Counted from the stretch's first letter, positions 1-12,560 are shown. The stretch is DNA of 41,650 nt from Basidiobolus meristosporus CBS 931.73 (GCA_002104905.1 MCFE01000731.1:1-41650), one strand, 5' to 3'. Numbers and translations: made by a program. Notes: generated by a model not told the origin, from the sequence alone.

Positions 1-687
1 TCATGGCTCAATGTGACACTATCCAACAGAACAAGTCTATTCACCTTTTTGCATTTTAGTTTTCCATAAGTTGCAGTTCAGATGTGCTTTCTTGAGTGGA
101 TCTTCAAAATGGCTGCAAAAGCGGTTTTAGCCAACTTTCCACACACTATTGAAAGAAATGTTCACCTCAACCCAGTCAGCATCTTGCATGGTCAGGTAGA
201 GAGGCAAAAGTCTAGCTCAATTGGTGTCAGGGTCTAGCTGGTGTGCAGCCAAGATGTGACTAAACTTGTGAAGAAACTCAGTGGAATTCTTGATCGCATT
301 GACTCCTTGAGCATAAAGAGGCAAGTATATTGGTACAATCACCAGGGCAGGTCTAGAGGGAGAGGTATATCTGGATGGCACAGAAGCATGAGTTGTTGGT
401 GGCTGATGCAGAGCAGGGCTTAGCAGATACTTAATGCTGTCAATTAAAATAGCAATATTTTATAGGGCTTCTCTGATTATTTGACTTTCATCCAGGTAAC
501 CAGATATAGCTTCAAGGAGTTCATCTCCACAATGATTGTTGGATCTTTTCTTGGCAAGCTTTGAGTACTCAAGCATCAAGGTGTTTCTTCCACACATGAT
601 GTTTTCAAGCTGCTCAGTAAGCTCTTGCTGATTCTTTTGAGCTTTTTCCTAAATGGAAAGATATGGATTGCTTGCTACTGAGGACAT
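1..687 (-). mobile_element. Decayed retrotransposon Gag-like ORF (Ty3/Gypsy-like), runs off the window edge
   Basis: One continuous minus-strand frame from the ATG at 687 (MSSVASNPYLSI*EKAQ...LPLYAQGVNAIKNSTEFLHKFSHILAAHQLDPDTN*ARLLPLYL...W...F.SHFEDP...KMQKGE*) with in-frame stops. The pattern resembles fungal retrotransposon capsid ORFs from memory; the region is CpG-poor. Confidence 0.55.
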
Positions 688-3015
688 CTTGTAAGGAGGT
701 TGAATGTAATGGAAATCACCAAAGAAATGTTGTATCAATGAGAAAAGTGTAATAAAACTCTTCAGTGGTTTAATTGAATCTAGGTAAACTACCAAGTGCA
801 GAATCTTCAAATTGTCCAAAAGTGGCAGAAGTATTAGCAGGGAGGTTCTGGTCTCATATTGGTCTTGTACATAGCTGGGTTTGGCTATAAAGGCATGAGG
901 TTTATTTTCTGTGAAGGCTAGGTCTGGCATACATAGAGTCCTAGATATGCTGCGCTTGGGTAGAAACTTGAATGTAATTGTAGAGTTCTTGATTTTGCTG
1001 AGACACTATCTTAATTTTGTTGAGAAATACACTAGACTCAAAGTTTCAGTAAGCTCTATTTATACTTTTCTGACCAAGTTGAATTATTAGGCACCAAGAG
1101 ACTTGACCAATAATAATCAGTTTGGATGTTGATAGGCACATAAAATAAATGAGAATTGCATCATCAGTCAGCTGATATCTTGCAACTGTTAGGTGGTTGG
1201 ATAGATCTCAGATGACTAATCACTTGGGAAGGCTTGGCAGAATAGTTGAGGACATAACAACCACATAAAAGTTGATCAGGTGTGACAGCTAAAAATGAAT
1301 TCTGAGAAGTAACAAAACAAACCACAGAATGGGATTAGTTGTGTTTGAGTTAGGGAAAATTAGTTAGTGTACTAGATTTTCTAACAAGTAAAATGGTTAA
1401 GCTTTAAATGTTGATTTACAGCACTCATCTGCCTGAATGTCCTTACATACAAGCCATTCTTGATGCTTCTGGGTGTATGCTCTACAAGATTAGACTTCTT
1501 TATCTTAGAGCTAAATTACATCTCAGACTTCACCTTTGTGGCAACCCACTAATCAAAGCCTGGAAGAACACTTGCCACACAGCATCTGACTTCTGTTGGA
1601 GAATCATACCTGGAGACACAGATGTCAAGAAGTTTGCTTCTCATATTCTGCAGTCAGAAAAGCTCTAGTTGGCCTACACAAAGTACTTGGCAGCCCTCTG
1701 ACAGCAATATTGCATGCAGCTTGCTCTCTTTATGATGAGTATAATTCTATTTCATGTCCCCTTATTGATGTTGTTGACAGATTGTTTTAGCCCCTCATGC
1801 TACCCCCTTTATGCAGAGTAGTGTTTTGAACACTAAAGAGCTATTATGTCACTTTATTTACTTACCTACTAGCTCCCCTCAGCTACACACTTTTGTATGT
1901 GAGTTACAACAGGAGTGCTGCCTTCTTTGCTTCAACTTGAATCAAGATTTTACATGTTGCTCACTGTTTCCCCCCTCTACTTGACTTTTCAACTTTTATT
2001 TTACACTTATCATCCAGTGAGCTTCACCACCTGGATAAGTTCCTCAATCAGTGGATCAGATACTGGATTCTTTAGCTCCTACCATCTACCTCTATCCATT
2101 CAACTAATGGAATCTTTGATTTCTATCCACTCCAAATCCAAATGGTTTACCTATGAGCTTTATTTCTTGTTAAGCTTCAGAAATTACATGCCCCCTTCAT
2201 AAAACAATGGATCAAGTCAAGATCCTCTCTGGAGTCTTGCTGCTCCCTCACCTCATGATTACTACAGTGATAATAGTGTCTGCCTTGAAGCTTCAAAAAG
2301 CTGAGAAATCTAGGCTATTAGCACAAGACCATCTGAGATCAATGTGGCAGAGGAACTTACAAGTCCACACCCCATTTCTACTATGCCTGATGTTATGGTT
2401 GGTGCCAGTCTTAGATAGTATTGATCAGAAACACTAACAGTTTGTATTACCCCCAAGCACTTGATTTTCATATTTACAACTGAAGAACTTTATTTTATTG
2501 AGACCACCATTAAACAAGAATAAAAACATAACTATTTTACATATTATAGAGGTTCTGTACCTCTTGATTGGCTTCTTGATTTATATGAGAGCTTAGAGTT
2601 GGAAGCAGAAATTGTACCCTTTGGGACCATCAAGAATGAAAGTAAGACAGTTTAAAGGGACCTCAAAGAGTAAGGGAGCTATATGGGGACTTTATTCCAA
2701 AAAATCCCTGCTTTTTTACCCTCTAGGAGACTGCATTCACCAGAACACCTGCTCTTCTAACCTTTTCTAGCACTTAGTACAACACCTACACCCAAACCTT
2801 CATTATTGCTCTCCATTCAGGGAAAGCTAACATTATATGCCTAGGTTTCAGTCAAATAATCTTGTAGTAAGAAATTCAAGTTGGCTGATATGTTTGGCAA
2901 TACGCAGCTCAAAGCCAGGGTATCAACTGTTACAAAACATTGTAATTGAGGCAAATAACATCTCCATCAAGTATTCATAAATGCTTATCCGTACATGCAA
3001 TATTTTATTCAGAAA

Positions 3016-3326
3016 TCAAACGCAAGGGCACTTAAGAGACCTTGCAGCTTTAGGGAATCTGCTATATCCAGCTTTATCAACAATGTAGGAGTTACCGCCG
3101 CGGAGTAAATAGTACACTTGTGAGATCCAGCCGAATATCCCGAAATGAATGGGCCGCCGGTCAAGTTGATACAGGCGTCACCACTGCTGACGTTGATACA
3201 CTTGGCTTTACCTGCTGCCTTGCAAACATACATGCTACTGCCACTTTTCCAGGGAGGACACCATGCGCTGCACTGAGTGGCGACGGTGAGCATTGCGATA
3301 CTGAAAAGAATAATGCCAAACTTCAT
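3016..3326 (-). pseudogene. Small secreted Cys-rich protein gene with a single frameshift (~3095-3105)
   Basis: ATG at 3326 gives signal peptide MKFGIILFSIAMLTVATQCSA, then WCPPWKSG...KCTIYSA. A shifted frame continues GGNSYIVDKAGYSRFPKAARSLKCPCV* (TGA at 3016-3018). The span is 311 nt, not a multiple of 3. Confidence 0.7.
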
Positions 3327-3974
3327 TGTAAGTATTTCGTGAAGAACTTGCAAACACCTATCCTTTTGTTGGTGTTTATATAGCTCGCTTGTGTGGGTCT
3401 CATCGCGTGGAAGCTGTTGGAGGAGGATGTTTGTCAATAAATGATGTATTAATAGAAGCTTAGACAAACAAGATGATCTTGCTGAATATGGTACGATCTA
3501 GGTGCATAACTGTACTACTACCCAACTTTGTAATGACTTTTGTTGGACATGAATCCTGTCCCCACCCTTACTCCCTTGCGTAACCAATGCAGAGGATATA
3601 GCAAGGTGGACTGTTGGGTGCCAGTAACTCATGTGAAGGGTTTTCTGTCTTACTGAGATCATGAGATTCAGTAGTCATATGAGATCATCCACCTAATGAA
3701 AACACCGCAAGCTAGGTCGTACTCAAGGGTTGTGGGCAAATATCCTCGACTTGCTCGCGTACAAAATCGGTAATGACCATACTTTTACAGAGTCAGGAAG
3801 CATGATACCCTCAAAGCGCTGACTGTGAATCTTTGCTAGACTCTGGAGAGTATGAGTTAATAGACTTCCACCTCGAGGGTAAAGCCACGTTTAACATGAG
3901 TTCTGACTGGCTTCTTAGGGGCCTTGATTGCTGAGGCCTTGTACTGTGGTTATATAGCTTTTGAACACAGCAGT

Positions 3975-4049
3975 GAGTAGGGCTCGTCAAGTTGTGGTTG
4001 AGTAAACCCTGTCAAGTTGTAATTGAGTAGACCTCGTCAAGTTGTTGCT
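3975..4049. repeat. 25-bp tandem repeat x3
   Basis: gagtagggctcgtcaagttgtggtt / gagtaaaccctgtcaagttgtaatt / gagtagacctcgtcaagttgttgct. Confidence 0.8.
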
Positions 4050-5009
4050 CGGTTTTTAGGATGAGAAAATTTGAAGATACCTCGCCAGTGAAGCGGAAAT
4101 CCACACCAATATAAAAGTTATGATGCGCGAATGCGACCATCAGAAGCAGTCCTGTGGGCATTCTAGCTACTCTTCAACAAATACTGGAGTGCTGGAGGCG
4201 GTGTTGTGCTTGATCCAGTGATGGAATTGCTGGGGTTCTCCGAGGACAGCTTTTTCACATGCTTAGTGAGCCAATACATACAAATATAGTACTACCACAG
4301 TTCTAGGAGAACAACAGAGTTGCACGGCTTTAGGATAATACAGCATGACTAAAGTATAAATCAACGAAGAAGGAACTTGCAATAAACAAGCCCTTTTTGA
4401 ATGTTGGACGGATCAGAATATAACAGTTTGTTACGATTTGCATTATAGCTGGTTGTTTCCGATCACTTGAGCACTTCAAATTGCACACCGCCGATCAATC
4501 ACTCTCAATGATAACCCAATTTATTTTGTATATCTCAGGCACTACTTTTGAAAGCTTACCCTATATTATCGGAACACCTCCTTCTGAAACTTTATCCATA
4601 TAAACCCTTTGAAAGATCGTTAATAAAGCATCAACTTGGGTAGTTTATCAACTCTCCGACTATCCATCTGAATAAGCCATCTGCTTCCTCTCTGTCTAGC
4701 CTCAAAACCATAACATGCTACACAAACGGTTTATATTCTACTTTCCCGTGGCTAGAGGCATATGACAAGTCAAAGTTCTTAATTAGCTAGAGCCAAGGAG
4801 GAGGTCAAAGTAATCGCTATTTATGCCATTTGTCAGCATGCGTTCTGAGCAACTCGCATTGACCATAAATGGATTGATAACTTGATTGCCAAATTGGGTG
4901 ATTAAGTGGAAATTAACCAGAAACTTCCAAACATTTGTCATCCAACTGCAAAAACCCATTATAAAATGCGATACGATAAGTTCAGGTTGGTATTCAGTAC
5001 AATACAACA

Positions 5010-5738
5010 ATGCCAGCCAATCTTCCACGCAGAGCACTACTAGCCATCACCAGCTATAACGAGCCTTTCTACGCCAATGGTAGTAAGACTGGACTCTTTT
5101 ATACGGAAGCGTTGCACCCGTTCGAAGCACTTGTCGAGGCCGGGTTCGAGGTTGACTTCGCCTCCGAGACTGGCACTTACGGAGTGGATGAGCACTCCTT
5201 GTCGAAAGACTTTCTCTCCGAGGATGATCAAAAGGTGCTGAACGACCCAGAGCATCCATTCAATGTCAAACTGAACTCACAGCTTCACAAGGCGTCGGAC
5301 CTCAACCCTGCTGATTATGGTCTATTCTTTGCTTCTGCCGGGCACGCGACCTTGTGGGATTACCCTACGGCTCGTGGCCTGCAGCATATTGCCGAGGACA
5401 TATACAAGCGTGGAGGTGTTGTTTCAGCTGTGTGTCATGGGCCAGCCATTCTCCCTGCAATCGTTGACAGCACCACAGGCAAATCCATCATCGCTGGCAA
5501 GAAGGTCACCGGGTTCACCACGGAGGGTGAGGTGATGCTCAGCCTGCTTGATATTATTAAATCAGCCAATGTGGCTACAATCGAAGAAGGAGCGGCCGCT
5601 GTTGGAGCCGAGTATGTGGCACCCCCCACTCCGTTTGCCGATTTTACACAAACTGACGGCCGAGTTGTCACTGGAGCTAACCCAGCAAGCGCACGATCCA
5701 CCGCTGAGGATGCCATCAAGGTGTTCTCGAGCCTCTAA
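5010..5738 (+). CDS. HSP31: DJ-1/PfpI family Hsp31-type glutathione-independent glyoxalase/chaperone, 242 aa, intronless
   Basis: Motifs ALLAITSYNxxFYxxGxKTG, EALHPF, GFEVDFASETG, DEHSL, AGH, VCHG (catalytic Cys-His) and VVTGANPASA follow the yeast Hsp31 pattern. The ORF is intact. Confidence 0.93.
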   Translation: MPANLPRRALLAITSYNEPFYANGSKTGLFYTEALHPFEALVEAGFEVDFASETGTYGVDEHSLSKDFLSEDDQKVLNDPEHPFNVKLNSQLHKASDLNPADYGLFFASAGHATLWDYPTARGLQHIAEDIYKRGGVVSAVCHGPAILPAIVDSTTGKSIIAGKKVTGFTTEGEVMLSLLDIIKSANVATIEEGAAAVGAEYVAPPTPFADFTQTDGRVVTGANPASARSTAEDAIKVFSSL

Positions 5739-6639
5739 AGGGCAACATCTGTGTATAGAAGTAGATAGACATTCAATAAATTCCTTAATTAACTCTCAAT
5801 ACTGTATACATTGGTACTTCATGTTTAAAGATTTCTTGCATCTGGTGATGATAAATCTATTGGATGCTATAGAGTACCAGAAAAAATCCTCTGGCTTCTT
5901 GTTGCAGCGTTGTACTTTTGTATTTTCTACAATGCAGAGAGGACTAACAGAAATGACATGTGTATTCGGAGAGCTGAGAAACTGTGAAAGTCAAAGACTT
6001 TTCCCAGTCTTTCTAAAGGATTTTATAGAGATGACTCTAGCAAAGGAGCCACAAGACATCATCAATGCTATCATTATGATTGATTAGTTAGCAGTATTTG
6101 GAGTCAATGGGTATGACCAGTTGTGGTGTAAAGCACAACACACACTCACACTTGTAGCGTTCTTTTATCTTAAGGAGCCTGTTTGTCAGACTTTTTATAC
6201 CAGTATGTAGTTTGCCAACTATAGTTCTCTGAATTTCACTACTTGGAAAGTGCCACTGTTGATCATTTTATCTTGCCTGACCTGTCTACTGGCCGAAGCA
6301 TATTGAAATATATTTTTCTTGCTTACTATTTCTACAATAGATAAGACCATTAGGATTACTCTTGACCACATCCGCGCACTTGCTCCCACGCCAATTGTGC
6401 AAGAGAACAACACCGCAGAGATGAAGAATCCATATGATGGCTTTCCTGTTTGTAATCCCGCATGGTTCTCTAGGGAGGTGGCATCTGGACAAGTCCCTTC
6501 AGCCAAAAGGCCATTGAGGATAGCAACATAGCCAATGGTGCTTATCACATATCCAAAGTTTGGGCAGTGTGCAAACATTGAGAATAACGGAAGCCATCTA
6601 TTGCTTTTATGGCATGATTTCACATGGCCCTGGCTCTCA

Positions 6640-6872
6640 ATATAACACAATCATCCCTGCTGTCTCCGCTCTGATTGATACCGCCATTGCCAATACCTTC
6701 AAAATCACAGCTTCCAGCCCCGTTTCCGTTATGGCCACCATTGCTAACCCCTCCGCTCCCACTATCACTACCGCCACTACTGTTACCAGTATCAAAAGCA
6801 CCACTACCACAACTACCATTCCTATTATCACCACTGCTACCGCTATTTCCATTGCCAGCGCCGCCACCTCAT
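6640..6872. other. Low-complexity tract (Thr-rich on +, Gly/Ser/Asn-rich on -), probable gene remnant
   Basis: (acc/act)-rich. The minus frame reads GGGAGNGNSGSSGDNRNGSCGSG... but is bounded by stops and has no credible start. Confidence 0.3.
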
Positions 6873-7097
6873 AGTTTCAGCCATCAAGGCCTTTTCCTCC
6901 GCATTATTTAAGCAGGCACTGTAACATCGCTACGTACAATTGACCAATGGATGACTGAAACTAATTTTATGCAATATATGATATCTGTTGCTTGACTAGC
7001 ATGAAGTTAATGTCACAAATAAATAAATGGTAATTTGAATGGCGTAGAGAAAGCAATGGAAGTACGGCAACTTTCGGAGGGGTTCCGCCATCTAGTC

Positions 7098-7215
7098 ACG
7101 CAGCTTTCCTTCCTCTTGCTTGTTGCGGCAATCACATCTTTGTCAACCTCAGGTATCTCACAACAACAACCTATGTGCTGAGCAGTTGGGAGCTTGTTAT
7201 CAGGAGGCACTGGCT
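7098..7215 (+). pseudogene. Family B 5' fragment (start ATG>ACG)
   Basis: gtcacgcagctttccttcctcttgct...gagcttgttatcagga aligns with the start of the 18432 gene (gtcatgcagctttccttcctcttgct...gtgcttgttatcagga). Confidence 0.65.
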
Positions 7216-9775
7216 TCCAACAACAAGGACCAATCCTTGACTGGCAATGAAGGTGACTTAGATATGAGTGATTGAATTCTAATAAATAAAGTTGCAAAGA
7301 ATTGACATTTTTAAAGGCTCCTTTTCCAGTGAGGCCAATGCATTATTGAACCTTAAGTAGTTTGACAAAGCATAGGTCATCAATTAGACCCTTTATCTAC
7401 CCATCATGAATGTAAGAGATTTGCCTGGTGGTTATACTCTGACTTGCCAGCCTCATGTGCTTCAAAGTTGTTGAGAACCATTGTTGATTATTACATAGAA
7501 CTATGCACCTCAAGATGGCTTCATGTTACTGTGTGCTATTAGCCAGCTTTTGCTTCCTTAATAAGTGAGTAAACAACTGAGTTCCATACCAATCACACAC
7601 AAGTATGAAGGCAGCAAGTGCAGCTAAGATATAAACATTGTGAATGCACATTTAAATCTACCACTACATGCATATACAGAGAGCTTAGAATGCAGGATTT
7701 CCAGCAGTTCTCATCTAGCCTATGCTCCCATATATAGCACTTCTAGGCCACATCAAGGAGTTAGCTTGTAATTCCCAAGTTCATACTGGTGTATATGTTT
7801 TGCTTCAAATATTGTTTTTATTTACCAAAGTGTTATTGTGTAGCTATAGTGGCATAGTAGCTTTCCTCTGCACTGAATACTTGCATTGTAGATTGAAACT
7901 ATTGGTTCATGACCAAGCAATACAGTTCTACTATTGTTGGTATATATTGGTGACTATATATAGTTTGATCAATATGGTATTATTTATGCTATACATAAAT
8001 CACTTTTAGTCAGCATACACACATATTTTGAAGAGCATTACCAACATGCACTGGAGCTAAAGCATCTCACTCATTGCAATGTTGTATAAAATCAAGGAGT
8101 GCTCAACATCCTGAAGGAGCCCAACACTCAATACAATATGCCTAATTCACCAGTTTGCATGAGTATCCATACCTTGTGCACCATCAAGATTCTCAAGGAT
8201 ACATTGAATTCACCCTAATATATATGAGCTAGTCTTTATGAGTAATGATGAAAGGCTGCTATGTATTGGTAATATCCATGGTAAGTGTTGAAGGAATTTC
8301 TAAAATTGTAGACAAAGGTAGCTAAACTTTATGTGAGCAATTTTGACACATGCTATCAGTTTGTTGCAGGATTCTTGGAGATATTGGAGTTTACTGAGTG
8401 AGTAAGTAGATTATTTAGCATTCACTCAATGATATGTTGTAAGTAAAAGTAGTATTTGTACTTTTGGACACTTTTTGCAAGACAAGCATGTAAAATATGC
8501 TGAGGAATGTTCCAAGAGTATGTGTGCAAAGTTTGGGGCTGTATTGGCTACTTGGTGATATTTCATTTCCTAAGTGCCTGTACTTTTAGGTGGAGCTATT
8601 TCAAGTGAATGCCAACAAGAAGCTTGGTTGGAGCTCTCTTAGACCTGTAGGCTATAATCTAAGTGATCAAGTTAGGTGGATGTTTAGGTGTAATTACAAA
8701 ATTTAACATGTAATGTATTTGATGTGTGCAATAGTTTTGTGTGCCTGAATATCTAGTTCATTATCTTGGGCATACATTAGAAGACACAATGTAATATGCA
8801 TGGAGCTCTGGGCCCAGTATACTTTGTCAGGAGTGTAACCCCAGCTTCAGTGATCCAACCAAAAAGCACCTGTATAGTACACCCAGCCCTCCATTTGGTT
8901 TTTGATATTACCATATCCTATTCTCTTCTACTGCCTTTGGTTCAGTCCAATCTTGACTATATAAGCTCCCAAGCTTCTGGTCTAGCAAATATCTGGTTGA
9001 GGCAGAGAGATGATGGTGAAGAAAATGCTGTGTACCTGAATCATAAGCATTATCACTGTCAAAACTTAATTATTCATATATAGTTAGAACTGATTAACAG
9101 AGTCAAAAAATCTTTTAATAGGTTCATTGCCTCATCATGGTAATGGTAAATGCCAAATATTGACCTCTAGGTGCTCACTCAACTCAAGTGACCCCAGTGA
9201 AGCGGTACTAATGCAGTGCCCTTGCCTCCCCAAGACAGTCTTAAATGCAATCCTGAACAAGGAGTGAAGGAACACACTGCTGGCCTTTACATCAACAAAT
9301 TGGCCAAGATTGACTTCATTACCCTGACTTTCAATGCCGCCAACCAAGGCAAGAATGAAGGTCTCAACCACAGAGTGAAGGACTTAAATCTAGCTATCTT
9401 GGATGAGGCTGATACCTCTGCATCAGGAGGATATGCTACATTTGCCGTATAAACTTATTTTATGGGGAGAAGCTATGCATGGCAGTCATTTATTCAATGA
9501 CTTGGAGTGTGGCGCCTTCCTGCTTAGTGATGGAACATGGGTACCAATGGGCTCGCATATCAAACCTTCATTCAGGCAAGCTACACTGATAAATCAATTG
9601 TGGGAATCCAGGTTTTCGAGTGTATTGGCACAGTCAATGCCGAACACATATAACTAATCTAAAGTGCGTATATTACAACAAGAAAGTCCAAGATAGCCTC
9701 AACTAATCCATGTATATTGTCGACTCTTGACAAACAACCAATAAATTTATTCAAACCAGTACTATAAGCCAACCG

Positions 9776-9852
9776 GGTTAAATCAATCTATCTTGCATAA
9801 TGCTATGAACGAAGCCTAATTGAATGGGATTGAGAAGGTTTAATAAATCGGG
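9776..9852 (+). promoter_or_regulatory. Orphan copy of the family B upstream/promoter module
   Basis: ggttaaatcaatcta...gcataa...tgctatgaacgaagcctaattga.tgggat.gag...taaatcgg also occurs at 10460-10510, 18322-18400 (directly upstream of the intact B gene, with TATAAA) and partially at 20609-20640. Confidence 0.6.
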
Positions 9853-10533
9853 AAAGCTCCGCGTAGATGCGTAGAAGATTGTATATCAACGACTGAACCA
9901 GCTTTACGACCAATCAAAGGATTATTGCAATTATGGGTGCAAACAAGAACCATCCTCAAAAAAGCAAAGCAATATCCGCTAGTTGTTAGGAGTGACCATT
10001 CAAGAAACACTTAACGACAAAATGCTTTTCATAAATATCCTCTTAGCTGGATCGCTTTGAGCAGACAGCAAAAAGCTCAAACCTCGTCTGTGGGATTACT
10101 AAGCAAAAAGGCGGCAAGGATATGTAACAAAGGCTACTGCTGGAGAAGGGTAAGTTGCCATGGAGTTTTCTGTACAGAAACAGTAACTTACAAGGTATTC
10201 AGTGCCATGGAGGAGTAGCGATTATCTCGTTTGGCATTGGATATGTAGCAAAGTGCACCAGAGTGGTGTTACATCAACAATATCCAAAGGTTTAGTAAGT
10301 TTGCATTCTTACTGACGCTAAAGTCTTTTTGCAGTGGCTCCGAATATCATACTGCTAGCTTTATACTATAAAGCACTTGGTTGAAATTAAATGCTGATTA
10401 CTATTTCGTGTATGCACTGTCTCACATTTTTTGAGAAGTAGCAAACGGCGAGGCACCCAGGTTAAATCAATCTAGCTCGCATAAAGCTAATTGTGTGGGA
10501 TCGAGAGAGTCCGCATGACTTCACCAATCAGTC

Positions 10534-10970
10534 ATGCAGCCTTCCTTCCTGTTGCTAGTTTCCGCCATCGCTTCACTGCAAGCAATCTCCGCTACCCCAC
10601 TTGGTGGCTCCCAGGTAGCCTCAACCAATGAGCCATGCGTCGAACAACTGGGTGCTTGTTATCAGGACACTTAGGCCCCTAGTCAAGAACACCAGCCGTC
10701 AACTGAGGAGGTGGATGATTCGGAGATGAGTGGGCCAATGCAAACGAGCCAGACTTCGGGTTGCAAGGGTTTGACATTTCAAATTTACAACCATGCCTTA
10801 CTGGACAACATCAATGGCCATTCTGCCAGTAAAGCCAATGCCTTGTCCAACTCAAATCAGTTCGATCAGGCGCAAGTCATTGATCAAACCCTCTACAAAT
10901 TATCATCACTCAGCCAGCAGTAGAGGTGGGTACAAGAAGTATTTTAGCTCTGCTCGTCGCCACTTCAAAG
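10534..10970 (+). pseudogene. Family B pseudogene
   Basis: Highly similar to 18432-18956. In-frame TAG at 10672 (TCG in the intact copy), plus internal deletions that shift the frame. Confidence 0.9.
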
Positions 10971-11184
10971 ATACTCCAGAAAATCATCGTGAGTTCCACA
11001 AAATAATGGAAGAAAATTGAAAAAATAACGAGTGAAGGGAATGCAAAATACCGATGGTACTCAAAAAGTATAATAATTGTGTGAGTAATGACCTGATTAA
11101 TCCATGAAATATATAATAGCAATTTTCCCAGCTAACCCATATTGTATGCTATACAACAGCCTACAAATACGTTATTCGCTCCAC

Positions 11185-11667
11185 ATGCGCTTTATTACTG
11201 TAGGCCTTGCCGCGAATCAAGTTGCCGTTGCTGCCCTAATCGGCTGTTCTTCTACATGCACTCGCGAGTATAGAAGGGTTCATTATCGCAGTTTACCATG
11301 TGTACAGTATGCGACCGATTACCACCAAAACGTTCGAGTTTTGCCTGTTTTTAAGACACCCAATGTCCGATCCCCGTTATTGCGTCAGGTTTTCACCACC
11401 GTGACCAGAAAGCAAGATAGCCTGAACACTGCTAATGCCAACAGCAATAAGGGCTTCAGTGTCAAGTATCAAGCAGGGCCCAGTCTTGAACTGGAGGGTC
11501 GGGGCAACGCATTAGAATATGCCAAGCAAAATGACTGTAGTTCTTTCTCTCCCTACGTTCTGATGCAGCCCAACCAAGATGTACAGTACACAACCCTAGT
11601 AACAGAGATACAATGCGTAAAAGAACAAAATATTCCATACACTCATTGTGCTGACAATTGCACCTAA
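11185..11667 (+). CDS. Family A secreted protein, 160 aa, open frame but shortened signal peptide (possibly decaying)
   Basis: MRFITVGLAANQVAVAALIGCSSTC...PLLRQVFTTVTRKQDSLNTANANSNKGFSVKYQAGPSLE...HCADNCT*; a paralog of 19318, 27870 and 32394. Confidence 0.7.
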   Translation: MRFITVGLAANQVAVAALIGCSSTCTREYRRVHYRSLPCVQYATDYHQNVRVLPVFKTPNVRSPLLRQVFTTVTRKQDSLNTANANSNKGFSVKYQAGPSLELEGRGNALEYAKQNDCSSFSPYVLMQPNQDVQYTTLVTEIQCVKEQNIPYTHCADNCT

Positions 11668-12139
11668 TAGATAAATCAACCTTAACTGAGAATATTGAGT
11701 AGGCAAGACAAATAAGCCCTCTTTGCACGACTACCCTACTCTCACAGTATCATAGACTTTCAATCCACGGTAGACACAGTTTACCAGTCCAAAAAGAATC
11801 GACATTTGATAACAGCTCACAACGACACTCACCGTAGGAACAGGGACACTTTACATTTGGTTGGTGCAAGGGTGAATAGTGCATGCAACATAGCCGGGTA
11901 GAGAAGCTCAATCACCGTTGTGTATCAACTACCGCATTTGGAGAACTGGTGGGCTCTTACTTTGAGATGTCAGTGAGCCCTTTTCAGCGCCAGTTTCAAT
12001 GTTTGTGTACTCATTCCATCGAACTGTAAATAGTTGTATCGATATTGGGAGTTAAATTGCCGTTTAAGTCAACATACCATTGTATAATTCGTGAGACGCA
12101 AAACGACTCATACTACGATTTCTCAAGCAAGGGCTTGAA

Positions 12140-12560
12140 GCGTGCACACAGGAATGGCACTATTCTTACGTAGTTGGTTATTTCATAGTCAATTACTCTA
12201 GTCCGGAGTAGTATATATAATACTGTTATTTTCGTCGATTTCAATATTATGGGATTTATCCACCAAATGAGTGAAAATTTTTATCGATTTTTTCCCTATA
12301 AATAGGGGGCATCTGTCGTTTGGTATCGTTACGACTGTACTTTACAGGATTATGTATATAGTACATTCCCAGTCTTTGTTTCCCAACAAAGACACTAATA
12401 CCAAGCTGGTAGATGAGATGTAGTGCGCTGTCCGTAAAGGGAAGTGTGAACTGTGGCCGATCGGTCTTTCGGGACCTTAGGACCTGTTCAGTTGATGAAC
12501 TTGCCGGTTGATTATTCCAACAGCCTGGCGAGGACGGTCTGCACATTCTGACAGCTTGTT
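12140..12560. repeat. Conserved non-coding block (copy 1 of 3; others ~27290-27640 and ~31745-32090)
   Basis: Shared strings gaagcgtgcacacaggaatggcac, gtatatagtacattcccagt, gatcggtc.ttcggga and ttgatga...cctgg.gaggacgg...ctga. Confidence 0.8.

Noticed and set aside
1000-2900. CpG-poor block possibly from a LINE or DIRS element
   Set aside because: Probably a TE relic, but no diagnostic domain or terminus could be read, so it is left unannotated. The same applies to ~7300-9100.
3975-4049. Possible CRISPR-like array
   Set aside because: Contiguous degenerate tandem repeats with no unique spacers, no cas genes and a eukaryotic context.
5010-5738. Hsp31 as a bacterial horizontal transfer (intronless, GC/CpG-richer than its flanks)
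   Set aside because: The protein follows the fungal Hsp31 motif pattern, other genes here are also intronless, and the CpG contrast is explained by depletion in the flanks. A phylogeny would be needed to say more.
9216-9452. Coding-looking ORF PLPPQDSLKC...YATFAV
   Set aside because: GTG start, no recognisable family, and flanked by decayed CpG-poor DNA; I cannot support it as a gene.
11946-11996. gggctc...gagccc hairpin
   Set aside because: A single short stem with no second copy or box motifs; expected by chance.
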